From Schmidtea nova (Eukaryota): DNA of 64,000 bases. The stretch is taken from NCBI GenBank assembly GCA_044892505.1, contig CM097882.1:284642001-284706000 (forward strand), in the 5' to 3' direction. Below the pieces are notes generated by a model. The model had not been told where the DNA came from and did not search any database. It saw nothing but the letters and a program-made list of their open reading frames with translations. The first letter of the stretch is position 1, and the number at the start of each line of letters is the position of its first letter. This document shows positions 1 to 13,796 of the stretch, piece after piece. A program made the translations under genes and the position numbers.

Positions 1-2245
1 ATAAACGTCGAAAAATATTATAAGTGACAATTATAAAAGTTGTTGCGAATAAAATAAATTAAGCTTCCGACCATAAACATTTTAATAATAAGGAAACAGC
101 GGTGCGCCTCCTCCGCAATGTTCATTTAAATGAAATATTTCGATCTTAAAAAGATCCTGATCACTCCAATACGAAATTCTTTCCAATTGACTTTTCACTT
201 CTTTCTGGATATTTTATTTCTCCTGAATTCTAATTTAATGTTGATTCTTAAAACAAATTAAGATTTATTCTTGAGATATATTAAATAAAATTTAAAATTA
301 AAACTTCTCAAAAATTTATTTAGTTTTCAGTTCGGTATAATTTGACTGAAGTTATTGAGATATTTTAGGTGACCCAGTAAAACAATAATAGGTGTGCTTG
401 TCTGAAAACTAGAACGTCTAAATAACACATGAAAATAGCACCAAAAGTATAATGGATACAAAACCAGATGTGTTAAATAAAAAATTTGAAGAATTACGAT
501 TTAAACTTTGTTTTTCTAATAGAAATTTCTTTAAAAAAATTAAAAGCAACAATCATTCCTAGATTATCAATGGTAAATGTCAAACGAATTACTAGTTTAT
601 ATATCAATTTCAAGTAGGATATCGGAACGGGAAGTTCCGCGATCAATTTTTATACAAATATAAAACCCAAACAAACCAACGGCAACAGAATTGAATGCAG
701 TGACAATAATGCAAGTTGATATTGAATTGCTCAATTCAATGAAAGCTTAATATTTTATTATCGACTGAAGATTAAACTTGTTGTAGCATGTCAGTACCAG
801 ATTACCGAGAAATCAATTAGCCAATAGCTACAATTCAATGAATTCCGCACTAATGTGCTCATTAATTAGATGAAAATATTTTGACTTATAAAAAGCAGAC
901 AAACATTGAGCAAATAAATCATATTTTAAAATTCCAGTTTCCATTGGCAATAAACATAAACAATTATTGATAACATAAAACTATTGATTAAAAAACGAAA
1001 ACTATCTTGACACCAAAAAAAGTAATATTCAAGCAATAAAATGTTTCGTGAAAAATGTTTCGTTATAATATTTCGCTTTATTGAACGGATTTATGTTTTC
1101 ATTTTTTAACGTTAGAATACGAAAACTTATGATTTGTTCTGAAAAAAACGTCATCGCTTAGCTGGTAACCAGGACAGTTAAAATTTTCTTATGTGTAACC
1201 CTTTGGACGCGTAAGTCGACTAAACTCAGCTGATATATATATAATGGTTAAAAACAATTTGATATCTTTAACAGATCAGTTAGTTTTGTTTTAAATCTGA
1301 AATTTATATAAAAGAAAAAATAATAATGACATGGATTAAGAAATCGTTGATGGTTTTATAATTAACATATTTTTAAATTAATTGACTTACGATTTAAAAG
1401 GATGTAAAGTTTATTATTTGTAAAAAAAGAGTGGATGAAACAAATGCCAAATTTTACTACGCGTGTTTAAAAATTCTCTACATAGATTCTCCGAAAACCT
1501 CATTTATCAAAAAGCATTACTACCTCTTAAAATTCAGCTCACATAGAATCATAGATCATTTTGCTTCCGTTTTAATTAAATTCTATAATCACCCAATAAA
1601 ATTAATTTATACCATAAAATACAACTCAAAATTCTTTTGAAAATTTAAATAAAAACTAAATGACTGAAATAACATTTCAAAATGTAGTACCTAAAATGTG
1701 TTGAATAGAAAAAGAAAAATTGTTTGATCAATTATTGTACTGATTTGTTTCCTTTTTTCCATACAGCGAGAAATTAAATTAAAAGAAACACATTGGTAAG
1801 AAGCCTTTTAATTTTTAATAGTTTTAAAATCAATTAAACATTTTTATTAGATAACTTATTATATAAAAATTTGCCAAACAAAAATTAAAATTTGTTTTAC
1901 CTTTATTATTTATTTGAGGTGTAGGAGATCCATTAAATATCACGTTTACTATATTCACGATTATCATGTTAATTAAAAAAATTATGAAATTTTAAAAAAA
2001 TATTTTAAAATTTTTAAAAAATCATAAAGATATTTAATTTTATNNNNNNNNNNNNNNNNNNNNNNNNNNNNNNNNNNNNNNNNNNNNNNNNNNNNNNNNN
2101 NNNNNNNNNNNNNNNNNNNNNNNNNNNNNNNNNNNNNNNNNNNNNNNNNNNNNNNNNNNNNNNNNNNNNNNNNNNNNNNNNNNNNNNNNNNNNNNNNNNN
2201 NNNNNNNNNNNNNNNNNNNNNNNNNNNNNNGTAGCAGGATTAAGT

Positions 2246-2362
2246 ATTAAATAAATTAATAAATAAGTAACAAAATCAGCCTTTGCTGCAAAAACAATTT
2301 TTTCACTTAATAAAATTGTTTTTGCAGCAAAGGCTTATTTTGTTACTTATCTATTAATTTAT

Positions 2363-2367
<5 letters not shown>
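2246..2367. repeat. Near-perfect hairpin, ~56 bp arms and 10 nt loop
   Basis: Left arm ...AAGTAACAAAATCAGCCTTTGCTGCAAAAACAATTTT and right arm AAAATTGTTTTTGCAGCAAAGGCTTATTTTGTTACTT... are reverse complements with about 2 mismatches. Confidence 0.85.

Positions 2368-2430
<63 letters not shown>
2364..2430. repeat. (AAT)n microsatellite
   Basis: About 22 consecutive AAT units. Confidence 0.95.
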
Positions 2431-2431
<1 letters not shown>

Positions 2432-3216
2432 CACACTTGATAAAGGCTGTGCCGAAACATTGTGGTATTGTTTAAAAAAAATTTTTGATCTATAGTCATC
2501 ATTATGAGAATTATTGATAATAATAATAAAAAAAGATCAAANNNNNNNNNNNNNNNNNNNNNNNNNNNNNNNNNNNNNNNNNNNNNNNNNNNNNNNNNNN
2601 NNNNNNNNNNNNNNNNNNNNNNNNNNNNNNNNNNNNNNNNNNNNNNNNNNNNNNNNNNNNNNNNNNNNNNNNNNNNNNNNNNNATTAAAANNNNNNNNNN
2701 NNNNNNNNNNNNNNNNNNNNNNNNNNNNNNNNNNNNNNNNNNNNNNNNNNNNNNNNNNNNNNNNNNNNNNNNNNNNNNNNNNNNNNNNNNNNNNNNNNNN
2801 NNNNNNNNNNNNNNNNNNNNNNNNNNNNNNNNNNNNNNNNNNNNNNNNNNNNNNNNNNNNNNNNNNNNNNNNNNNNNNNNNNNNNNNNNNNAAAATTAAA
2901 AATTATTAATTAAATATGATAATAATTGTCAATTATCATTAGAGCATTTAAAATATTTTAATCTTTGTCTTAAATTTGACATTTAGATAATTTTGAAATT
3001 TGAACAGTCAAATATGCTAGATCAAATTTCAATAACATATAAATATCGTATTTGTAAAATAATAGGTACAATGACAGCTAATCATAGTTCACAAAGTAAT
3101 TACAATTAATTAATTAATATTAAAAAATGAATAATTTTCAATATTCCTATACATTATAATTTTTTAAAAATTAATTAATTAATTGTATAATAACTTTTTT
3201 AACATTGCCTAATTAC

Positions 3217-3516
3217 CTCTTTCGAAAACCAGGCCTGAATGAATAAATATGATGATGCTAGTCCGAATCCTGCACAACAGGCAACAATAACAGTTCCTTT
3301 AATTGTACCAAAAATATAACCACAGAATGCATTCAAAATAAAATAGCCAAAGATAAATGGAAATGATATTATAATAAACAGTATCTGTATGATGCAGATC
3401 TGAAGAAAGACATTGGAATTTTTAACTTCGTTAAAAATAATCCAAATTAGAAATTTATACGATAAGCTTAAAGTAATTATTCCAATAAATAGAATACAAA
3501 AGCGAGTGAATTTTCT
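3217..3516 (-). CDS. TMEM64: Internal exon of a TMEM64-like (DedA/VTT, SNARE-associated) membrane protein; other exons not identified
   Basis: 300 nt phase-0 exon between TTTTAG and GTAATT, with no stops. It encodes ...ILFIIISFPFIFGYFILNAFCGYIFGTIKGTVIVACCAGFG..., matching the TMEM64 motif [26 protein letters not shown]. Confidence 0.75.
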
Positions 3517-5515
3517 CTAAAAGTATATCAAATTTATAAACAATTATTTAATTATTAAAGAAATAAAAAATTAATACAATAATTCGTTCATCTAAATTAT
3601 AATCATTATTACAGAATTTTTAATTTATTTAAAAAATAAAAGTTTTTTTAACAATACATATGCAATATTAAAACAACGAGTTTATCATTTATTTTAACAT
3701 TATATTTCAATAATTTATTATCAGATAAGTATATAATGATTTATCACATAAATTGTTCTCTGAATCTTAGTATAATAATCTTTTCGAATGATCTAATATT
3801 TTAACATGAAATATTAGTTAAATTTATCATTATTATTAACATTGATAAAGATCATATTCCTTTCAGGTTTGCTTCTGTCAATAAGTCAATGTTCAATCTA
3901 AATAATGCATAAAAATTAATAAACAAAAGAATGCATTTCAAAAGTAACCAGTAATAATTTTTACATAAATATAAAAAAAATTGTGTTGAAAAAAAAATTC
4001 TAAACATATTTTTAAATTTACTAAATCAAATATAAAGTAATTTATTAAGAATACTTTATCAGTATCAATACTTCCTTAAATGCGGCTAATTGTGTTACGT
4101 TAACATCCTGTGTTATTTGAAACTGAATTAATCGTGGAGAGCAATGATAACCTACTTTCATAAAATTATAATTTTATAAATTTCAACAATAATAATCAGA
4201 AATCAATATATTTTTGTAAGGGAATAATATAAAAAGTAAGAGAATAGAAAGTTATAAATAAATAAAATATTTTCAAACTGATTGGAAGTCAACAGAATAC
4301 GCAATTACAAAAATACAAACTAATTAATAAATTAATTAAAATTTAGTTAACTTCATCAATCATTTTTTGAGTAAACAAAATCACCGAGTTGGACAGACCT
4401 AATAGCTACTAGTTAAAGTGCAGATTGGAGGTGAAATTAATTATTTATAAATTTGGGATATGATCATTGAGAATTGGTATGATTTAAAAAAAAGAAAGTA
4501 ACTGGTTAATTTCATCGGGAATAATAAGTAAAATAATTTTGACAAAATTTGCCAGAATAGTTAATAAAAAACGTATCTCATGCAGCGTATAGAAGAAAAT
4601 GTTTAAAGTCTTGAAGGAACTATTCTGAAATATATATATTAAAGCATTATTCACCATTGGAAAGTTTACTTTGAGTAAACTTAAACCAAGAAATTTGTAA
4701 ACAAAATATTTTTTAAATTAAAATTTTTTATTGGATTCTTTCCCTACATAAAAATAGTGTGTAGTCAAATATGAGTTTGGATTTTAATAAAATTTCAAGT
4801 AAATCAGATATTTATTAATAAAATAATTTTCTATAAAATACATATATTTCTATGTGATTTAATTTTAAATTAGAAAAATAAATGTAATCAAACTAAACTT
4901 CCTGAGAAGAAATTTATATCTTAACATGCAATAAATATCGAGTTGAAAAAAATAGTCTAAATCTGATCATTTTAAAACGGAATTACGCGAATTTATGAAT
5001 CACTGGACATAATTATGTACATAATCTTAGGCAGTCCAATTTCAAATTATATTCCGAAAACTTAGGTACTTTTCTGTTACATGCTGCTGTTGTCAATAAT
5101 GTGTAATGATTAATCTAAAATTCATTAAATCTCTAGCACTCAATGTTCATTTTTTATAATTTTTTATACCTGAACAAAGCTCCTCTAATAGCATAAACTA
5201 TGCGTAATATTTTCTAAGTGAATATTTTGCCAATAAATAGAATTAGAACTCATTCACAAATTTCACAATCCTTTAAAGAACTTTGAGAAAAAAACGATGA
5301 AATAAAAAATAAATTATTTTTTTGTATAGTGAAGATATTTGCCAAGAGGCTGAAGGGTAAAATTTGCAAAGGATATTAGTAAATGATGAGCAGTTAGAAT
5401 GTGTTTGAAGATTTCTAGAGAAATATTCTTAACAGTATTATTATTGCTCCTTAGCTTTTTAAAACTTAAATATAATCAATAATATATTTTCAAACAAATA
5501 CAAGATACTATATTT

Positions 5516-7344
5516 TTGATATCTTTCAACATAACTGTGATTAAGCATAAAAAACAGTTGATGAACGCGAGTAAATGGGAAAATGACAGAATCAACAAGC
5601 TGGAGAAGCAAGTAAACAATTTCAGGAGAACACAAAAAATTTTGATTGAGGAAAATACAATCCAAGAGACACAATTGACTAATATGATGCGATTAGCTCT
5701 CACCTATCAACAAGAAATCATTATACAAAATGAAATAATCACCAGATTTCAAAACCAACTAATGTCAGTAATACAAGAAATAAATCGATTAGAAGAGAAA
5801 GAAAATCGACACAAACAAGAGTCGACATCAGAATCCGTCAAGATCGCAAGCAATGTGGGAACCATAAAAGGTCTCATCCTAAACGACGAGGTGGTGAAGA
5901 GTGAAGTGTAGAAAGAACAAAGTGAATAAATTGTAAATAATAAAATCAATTCAATGTATACGTATCAATATTTTATTAATATTTGTAGAAGTCAAAGAAA
6001 TGTATATGCCAGTAATAAAACATATATTTAAACCCAATGTATATGTATTTCAAAAATCAAAAAACAAGAAATCATCAAGCTCGTCCACTGTAAAACCCAG
6101 AACATGAAAAAGAAAACTACATCACAAAGAAAGTTAGAACAGAAGATTGGGAAATCAAGTCAGAAATGAGATCCAGAAAAGAAAACATGAAAATCAGCTG
6201 TATTAAATCAAGCATTCAAAGATTTCAAATTAATAAAAATACCCACAACGGGATACGAAGCGAAAAGCCATTATGACAAATGAAACAAAAGTATTGGAAA
6301 TGGTAGAACAATAAAGCTAATTTTAAAATGAAGCCAAAACGAAATTTGATACCAGAAGAAATGGAAGGAATTAAGGAACGCAGGACAATGCAAAGTGAAA
6401 AGAATAGTTGTGGTATAGAGGTCGGGATATGAATATATATAGATAGTGTATATCAAATGTACAACCATATTATTACCTCCTGGGGTATGCATATTATAGA
6501 GCTTTAAAATATAAAAAAACAGAATGAAGTACATCAAGAAACTAGAAAATTAATGAAACCTCCAAAAACCAGGCGAACATTATGGAAATGGGAAAAGAAA
6601 ATGAAGAGAAGAAAAAATCGACAAGAAGCTTCAGTAAAGAAATGGAATCAGAATAGACAGAAATTCGTCAAAGAACAAAGCTGGAAAATTAAAGCAAATT
6701 GGTGAAATTGGTATACAACGAATAGAATGCAAAGAAAAAAGACTGGGTACAAGGCCATTGGTGTAAAATAATGAGAAAATCGCTTGTATAAATAAAACCG
6801 TAATAGTGAATGAACGGACAGTCTATCAATGTATGTGTATCAAAGAGAATTATGGAGAATCGACTCGTTACCCCAACAATCCTCAATATAAAATTAATGG
6901 TATAACACCGAATCCAACCTAATCAAAAGAAGAATCCGATCAGCAATCACAAATCAAACGAAGACTTACCAAATTAATCACAAAAGATTAACAAAGATCA
7001 ACCTCAGACGAAGACAATCAAACCAAAATCCTACAAATCCAAGAAATCCGAAGATTATCAAAGGAGAACAGAGATACTATAAAAAAAGCTAAAACATTCA
7101 AGGAAACCAATCAAGAAAGATGAATCATCGTGATCATCATAATCATCACCCTCAGTATCCTGATAATTGTCATCTTAATCACCTGGACAGCACTCCAAGC
7201 AAGAACATTAAAGAGGAAACAATCAACAATCCAATAATCTGTCCAACCATGAGAAAGGAAACCTTGAACACATCCAAGTCACTCCACAATTCGATATACC
7301 AGAGAAATGAGAAACTTGGAATCAATAGAACCCAAAGTCAATAA
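5516..7344 (+). mobile_element. Heavily degenerate retroelement-like coding relic (coiled-coil ORF plus integrase C-terminus-like fragments)
   Basis: A-rich purine-skewed strand; 131 aa coiled-coil ORF; broken frames such as YNHIITSWGMHIIEL and LWKWEKKMKRRKNRQ loosely resemble the Gypsy integrase tail. An LTR-like repeat follows at 7597. Confidence 0.35.
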
Positions 7345-7596
7345 TCAAATCAGATATGAATTAAAAACGATCAATGAAATCAGCCCATCAGACGAAAACG
7401 AACCCGCAACGAATCGAAGAATCCAACAAACGAACTAACAGTTGCATCGAACAATAACAATTATTGTGATAATGTGTATAAACTGATCACCTTAAGTGAT
7501 TCTTTCATACTTGTGGTTTTGACATTTATTTTGTTTCAATATAAAGAGGAATGACAAAATGATGAAATAGATTTTATGTTGTATAATTAATGACAT

Positions 7597-8816
7597 TGTT
7601 GGGCTGGCAGAATCGAAAATAAATTTAAATTAAATTCATCAAAAATTAAATATAAACAAAAGGAAACAAATTCAAAACTCACGATAAGACGTTAAACAGT
7701 AAAATAACGCAAGGGAAAATGAAACAGTAAAGTACAATAGTAGTCATACGAACCGCGTCTCATAAGTCGGTCGAGATAGGGTTGAAACGATAAAAAAGAG
7801 CACACAATTTGAATGCATGTCGGATATACACACGAAGGACCTCACGAGAATTGATGAGGAAGATCAGTGTTTGTATAGTGAATGCGAAAATCAAATGCAT
7901 GATCTAAGAATAAATCGGTAACAAAATAAAGAAAATAATTTATTAAAAATTATAGAAAAATCCCCATTGAAATATCGTAAAAATAACAGAGATAGGAATG
8001 AAAATAGATTTGAAATTAAATTTGATTGTTTTAATCAATCAATTAATGCACAAAACCACAATGGATACACACCTCATTTAATAGAATTAAAAACAAATTT
8101 TTTAGAAAATAAATAAATATATTATAAAGTTAAAATTTATGAAAAATAAATAAATACTTATTTATTAAAACTAATAAGTAAGTGTAAATCGTTAATAAAT
8201 TACATAAATAGCAAAATATGTAGGCGTCAGTAGAATTAGTATAAATAGACATGAAAAATAACAATCTAAACTTACCTCGGTATTAATTTTCTGAGAGCAA
8301 AATTTTGATTTTGATTTCGCCAGTCAATGGCGTGGATCGATTTCAGAAGTACGTTTTTGTGTTCATTTTAGCGTAATGTTTTTGGGTAATTGTTATACAA
8401 TCGTTACAATAAAATTTTGAGACTAAATTTTGTTTATGATTAAGGGATTCCCGATTAAAATTTTCCCTTATTAAATAAATTAATTTTATTGATACTTAAA
8501 TTTGGGCAATGGATCTAAGTAGATTGGAAAAGAAACCGGAGCAGGCTAAGAGTAGTTTTTCGTGAAAAGACCGAAAGGTAAGCAGATGCGTAAGTCCTTC
8601 TATCGGCAGAAAGAACCCGAAAGAAAAAATATAGTGAGGAGTAGTTTCGGCAACGAAGCGCACCTGCTCACTAGATTCTCGCCACCGTGTACAGTACCAA
8701 CATAGTTAATTTGAGAATAACTATGGGTACGCGAGTGTGGTAGTTTAATATTTATGAAGGGCTAAGGGTTGTATAATTCACTAGCGGCATTAAAAATTTA
8801 TATAACAACACCCATA
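7597..8816 (+). mobile_element. LTR-like repeat, family copy A
   Basis: Starts TGTTGGGCTGG. The 3' ~240 bp (GATGCGTAAGTCCTTCTATCGGCAG...AACAACACCC) is homologous to 32367-32595. Confidence 0.6.
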
Positions 8817-10254
8817 CCAGCGCAACAGTTGTTATAAGCAGAAAACTATTGTAACCCACTGTAGTAATAATTTAGATCATAAATGCTAAACATAAATTAA
8901 GTACAAGCTAAGGGATTATGATTTTTCTTTAATTATGGACGCGTAGCATTGCATGTATCAGTTCTTCTTTCATTTTTTATAGTAAAGTGGTGATAAAAAA
9001 GAAAGGAGTGTTCAGCACTTTTCTTCCTTTTTTAAATAAAATCCCTGAAATGTGGGAGTGAAATAACATGCCAAATAACAGAGTCAAAGCGAGGTAAAAA
9101 ATGCTTTATGAATTTAATCTTTTATTCTTTTCACTATTGATTTAGCAGCTTCGTTATAGATTTTATCCTTTTTCATTTAAGAATATAAAGCAAATCTGTC
9201 AACTGAATTTACTGAATATTGAAAACTTGAAAAAAGTGTTCCTTCAATAAAATGTATATTGAATAAATAATAAATACTTTACATTCCCTTTCCCATACCT
9301 TAATGACCGTATTCTGAAAATCTTTTATTTGGGTGAAATGGTGATTTTTTGAAGCTCACTTGACATGATCGAAAATAATGGGAAGGAGTCAGGCCAAAGT
9401 TATAAGGAGATTTAGGAACACTGCATGACTACACTCCTGAATATTTACCTTTGAGAGGCTACTGGTTAGAATTTATGACTATCATAAAGGTAATACAAGT
9501 CACACGTTCTTCATTCATTTAAAATTATTTCCTTCTTTTTTCCCGTAATTTTTTGATGATCATATGAGGTTCTTTCAACTTAAAATTAACTGAACAAATA
9601 TTTTATTGTATATTATGAAGGATTTTCTAAGCCGTATACAACACTGGATTACATTTGAATTTTACCTCGGCTTTTTCCTTTCAAATACAAATGCGGATCA
9701 CACTGGTATTAGACACTCACCAATGATATATTCAAAATAACGCAATGCAGCTGGTCAATAAGCAATAACAGACTTAAACAAAAATGCGTTAAATTTACCT
9801 AAACACGTTAAACTGTACTTTTTTCATTATATTTTAAAATCCACATTCATCCACAACTTATTGAGCAAATCAAGTACACATATTTCAATTAATTAATTTA
9901 AGTACAAGAATTCTCACTCCAAAATATTCCACTTTAGCCCCATCATGTAAGAATTATTATACCATTGAGAGAAAGAAAAATCATTCATGCATCAGGAAAT
10001 TTCATATAGCAAAATTACCATTATAATGTGAAACTTAAACATGAACGATATTTCATCGAAATAAAAAGACTGAGTTTCTTTCCCTTCCGGGGCACGCACA
10101 AATTATTGACATAATAGCCCAGGTGAGGGGTTTTCAACCTTTTATCAGCCTCACCACATCAAAGGTTACCTTATAAAATTTCTAAAATTCAAGGAGCAAT
10201 CAGCTGGAAAGATTAACAATTCTTTTACTCGATGAAATGTACAACAATGTTTGA

Positions 10255-10665
10255 TCCCGCACATTCCTTTTCTAAAAAAGAAGTAGAGACAACTGATTGT
10301 GATTCCAGTTTAAGATAAAGAGCGACACAAAATAGTTTTTCTTTAATATCTCTGACAAATTTCTTTTGGCTGTAGTTATAAAACTGTGTCCCTTCTGCGT
10401 CATAATTTACATTAAATAAACAGTTAAGTCTTCTGTTAGATCAATTCTAATAATAATATGAGGTAAAGAATATTCATCGTAAATAGGAACTCTGAATGGG
10501 CTATACCATCTCCAGAATCTAGGAAAAAGTTAGAAAGCACAAAAAGTTAGCATAGATTGAATAGAATAGACACATCTAGTTAGAGCATTGAAAGTTTCAA
10601 ATATGAGTGGAGTCATCTTGTCTCTGTTGGCATTTGGAGTGATTGGAGCTTCAATCAACATGATG
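10255..10665 (-). pseudogene. ACT: Intronless actin pseudogene fragment (about residues 105-240), with frameshifts and stops
   Basis: Frames give EAPITPNANRDKMTPLIFETFN, LDSGDGIAH, VPIYDEYSLPHIIIRIDL, DLTVYLM, and VRDIKEKLFCVAL, colinear with actin. Confidence 0.85.
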
Positions 10666-11272
10666 AACATGGAAACCAATTTCGCAGAGATATCAATAGT
10701 TTGAATGAAGCCACATATATCCATAGATGTTTTTGAAACAAAGCGTGAGTCTAGTGAATGGAAATTCACTAGAGATACGAGTTCCAGGAAGATGAGATCT
10801 GAAACATGTCATCAAAAATGATTGATATTGACAATTTTTTGGATCAAAGTGGTATAATCTGTACGTATTTCGCTGTAAAATGTTTGAGAATTAATTCCAC
10901 CTACTACAGCAACATTGTGGAAACTTTCAGACGTAATTACCCAAAGCCAGGTGGTCTCTCTCTATGGCTCCTCCAAGACAATGACCTAATCCACAAAATT
11001 GCAGAAACAATGATAGCGATTGAGAAAAATGGATTTATTCTCTTAGATCACCCTCCCTATAGTTCCCATCTTGCACTCAGCGACTTTTATCTATTTAGAC
11101 ATAAAAAAACATTTGCGAGAGAAAATCTACCGAAAAACTGCAGATTTGTAGCAGGGTATGGAGTTTTTCTTGAAAGATTGAAGTCCAGTTTTCATCAAAA
11201 ATGTGTTCTTGAAATTCTCAAATCGCTGGATGAAGTGTATGGATTTTATATTTGAAAAATAAACCCTACGTA
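10666..11272 (+). mobile_element. Tc1/mariner transposase relic (catalytic domain, 5'-truncated)
   Basis: ETKRESSEWK, LTIFLDQSGII, LLQDN and LDHPPYSSHLALSDFYLF match mariner WVP/DD34D-region motifs (HDNARPH, HPPYSPDLAPSDF). Confidence 0.85.
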
Positions 11273-11404
11273 TCCCTGCTGTTCTTATGTTATGATACAC
11301 CGTTCCTGTTGGTTTCCTCTAGCCACATTTTCTTTTAAAATACAATATTTGTTTGTTAATATAATTTTGAAACAGTAAAATAATATAATGAAAAAATAAA
11401 TTAG

Positions 11405-12550
11405 ATAAGGATAATTCTTTTTACCACGTTTTTATTAATTTGCTTTTCTTGTATGCATGTATGTATGTGCAGTACAAATCTTGCAATCGATTTTTAACTA
11501 ACTTCCCGATGAGCTAGAGTCTTGAGATTTTGAACATAGCTCAGAACCCGATGACAATGCAATATTCAATAGTTTACCACAGGTTCGGGGGCCCCAAATA
11601 AAAGACGGTTGTAAAAGTGATGAAAATGAACTCCTTCTGTTCCAGAAGATTTTCATTTTAAGCTATACTTTTCAGTTTTCAAAGATATTTATTAGCAAGT
11701 CATGTTTTTAATTTTTTGAAAAATTGTACCTCCAAATGATTACCTAATTTTTAATTTTCAAATTATTTTTGTTTTATATTCATCGCAGTCATGCTATATT
11801 CTTGCGTTTATTGTTTATATTCGGCAGCGAATTTCGAAAAGAGGACCAAAAAATGTTTTTTAAATACACACGATATATGTCTATACAAATGTAGATATTA
11901 GTAAATATTTTATTCTTTATTCATAAACAAATTGACCTTTAGTATTAAAATATTTTATTGAAAATTTTCACTCACAGAAGACTAAAAGGCAGAAAATATA
12001 TACAACAAATATTTTAATGTACCATGTTTTTAAAATGGAATAAAAAAAGAAAAAACAATTTTTCCTACACCCACGCAGAAAATTCGAGGGCTTATGATTG
12101 TAAGATTATAGAAAACTATGAAAACATTTGTGAAATTTAAAATTAAAAACGTGGAGCGCACGCATTTTATGGTGTAATATAGTTCCAATGACTACATAAT
12201 ACTTAAGAAGTTTAACTATGATGTTAAAAGAATTCACTTCTTAGTTAAAACCACTTGTGAGTTGAGCATAATTAAATTGCTAATGAACCATCGGAACTGT
12301 ATTATAATTTATACCTAAAATGCATATATTACATGAACTCCGCGTTTTTAATTTTAAATTTCACAAATGTTTTCATAGTTTTTAAAATCTTACAATCATA
12401 AGACCTCAGAATTTTCTGGGTGGGTGTAAGAACAAACATTTTCTCTTTTTTAGTCTATTTTAAATACGTGGTATATTAAAAAAATCTATTTTATTTATTT
12501 ATTTTTTAAATTTAATTAATGAATAGTTAATCATCATCGCAAAGGTGATT
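11405..12550. mobile_element. Non-autonomous element with TGTA microsatellite and ~150 bp imperfect internal inverted repeats (HINE/DINE-1-like or MITE)
   Basis: (TGTA)n at ~11455; inverted pair 12012-12160 and 12336-12484 (e.g. TTGTGAAATTTAAAATTAAAAACG / CGTTTTTAATTTTAAATTTCACAA); short hairpin near 12530. Confidence 0.45.
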
Positions 12551-12965
12551 TATGGCTTATGGTCAACTTAAATGCCTGAAATATTTTTATAAACGGCTTT
12601 ACAGACAAATTAGTATAGAGCCAGAAATAGGAGTATTCTAATAAGAATGTCATAATTACAAATGTTTAGAGGTATAAAAATTATTTTTGTTTTTTTTATT
12701 ACTGTATTTTTGTGAGTTTATTTGAATCTACTTTTCACACAAACCTTCAAAACTTAAAACCGCCTAAACAAATTAAAAATATGGTCACATAGCCAGGTCA
12801 AATTATTAATGCACTTATTAAAAAGAGAATATCAATTCTATAATAAAATTTATCTTAAAATGAAAGATGTTTTAATTAATTGAAAATAAAATATTAAATT
12901 TAATTATATTTTCTATTAAAAAATAAACTGAGAAGTATAAATTTATTTCTGATTGTAAAAAAAAT

Positions 12966-13796
12966 TCAGTATGGAGCATAATGAGGGTAATGAGGCTTTT
13001 TTTTGGAATCAAGAAGAAAACAAGACGACTTTAATTTACACATATGTTTAGATATATTTGTGGTAGACATATCGGATATGGCTGTATTGGAACTTTGACA
13101 AGTAGAGATTGCAGCAGAATCTGAATATGTAATTGCAGACTGTTGGTCTATACTAGAATTCTGAGATAAGGGTTTAGTTTTGTTTGACGTTATAGAATTC
13201 ATAAATGATTTGATGCTAAATATATACATAAAAGTATCATGCGTAAAACCCAAATTAGTAGAGCATGCACATTCACATAATAATTAAAGTATACTAACTT
13301 TGCATTTATGAGCATTTCTGCCGTATTAATAGATTCAGGGGTTCCCGATATCGTGATCTGTCGATCTGTTGATTTCTCTTCGGTGTATGATATTTTTATT
13401 TGAGCACCAGATAAAGATCTTATTTCGTTTATTGTAGACCCTCCTCGACCAATTATGCAACCAATCATGTCATTAGTAATATTAAATTCTTTGACAAGCT
13501 GAGAACCAACTGAAGACGTTTGAGATGATGATAAGGAATCTGATTTTACCGAATAAGGTAAAGGTTGATGCTGCCTTGGCCACATTGGAATTGTCGGAGG
13601 GAATACAGTATATGGGTTATGTTCTGAAACAGTTTTACAATATCCAATAACAGTCTTATAAAAAATATTAACCTGATACAAAAGTCGGAAACATATTCTG
13701 AGTGAAAATCTGTCCAGTTGCAGATTGAGAAACCGGATACAGTGCAATTGTAGGAGACGCATTATTTTGTTGGTATCCATCCATGTGTTTCATCAT
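12966..13796 (-). CDS. PCBP: PCBP/mub-like poly(rC)-binding protein, exons 8-10 (13796-13673, 13623-13299, 13215-12966): KH3 and Ser-rich C-terminus; part 3 of one gene spanning 34732-12966
   Basis: KH3 KEFNITNDMIGCIIGRGGSTINEIRSLSGAQIKIS...RQITISGTPESI. GT-AG introns of 49 and 83 nt have consistent phases; the frame ends ...HYAPY-TGA. Confidence 0.9.
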
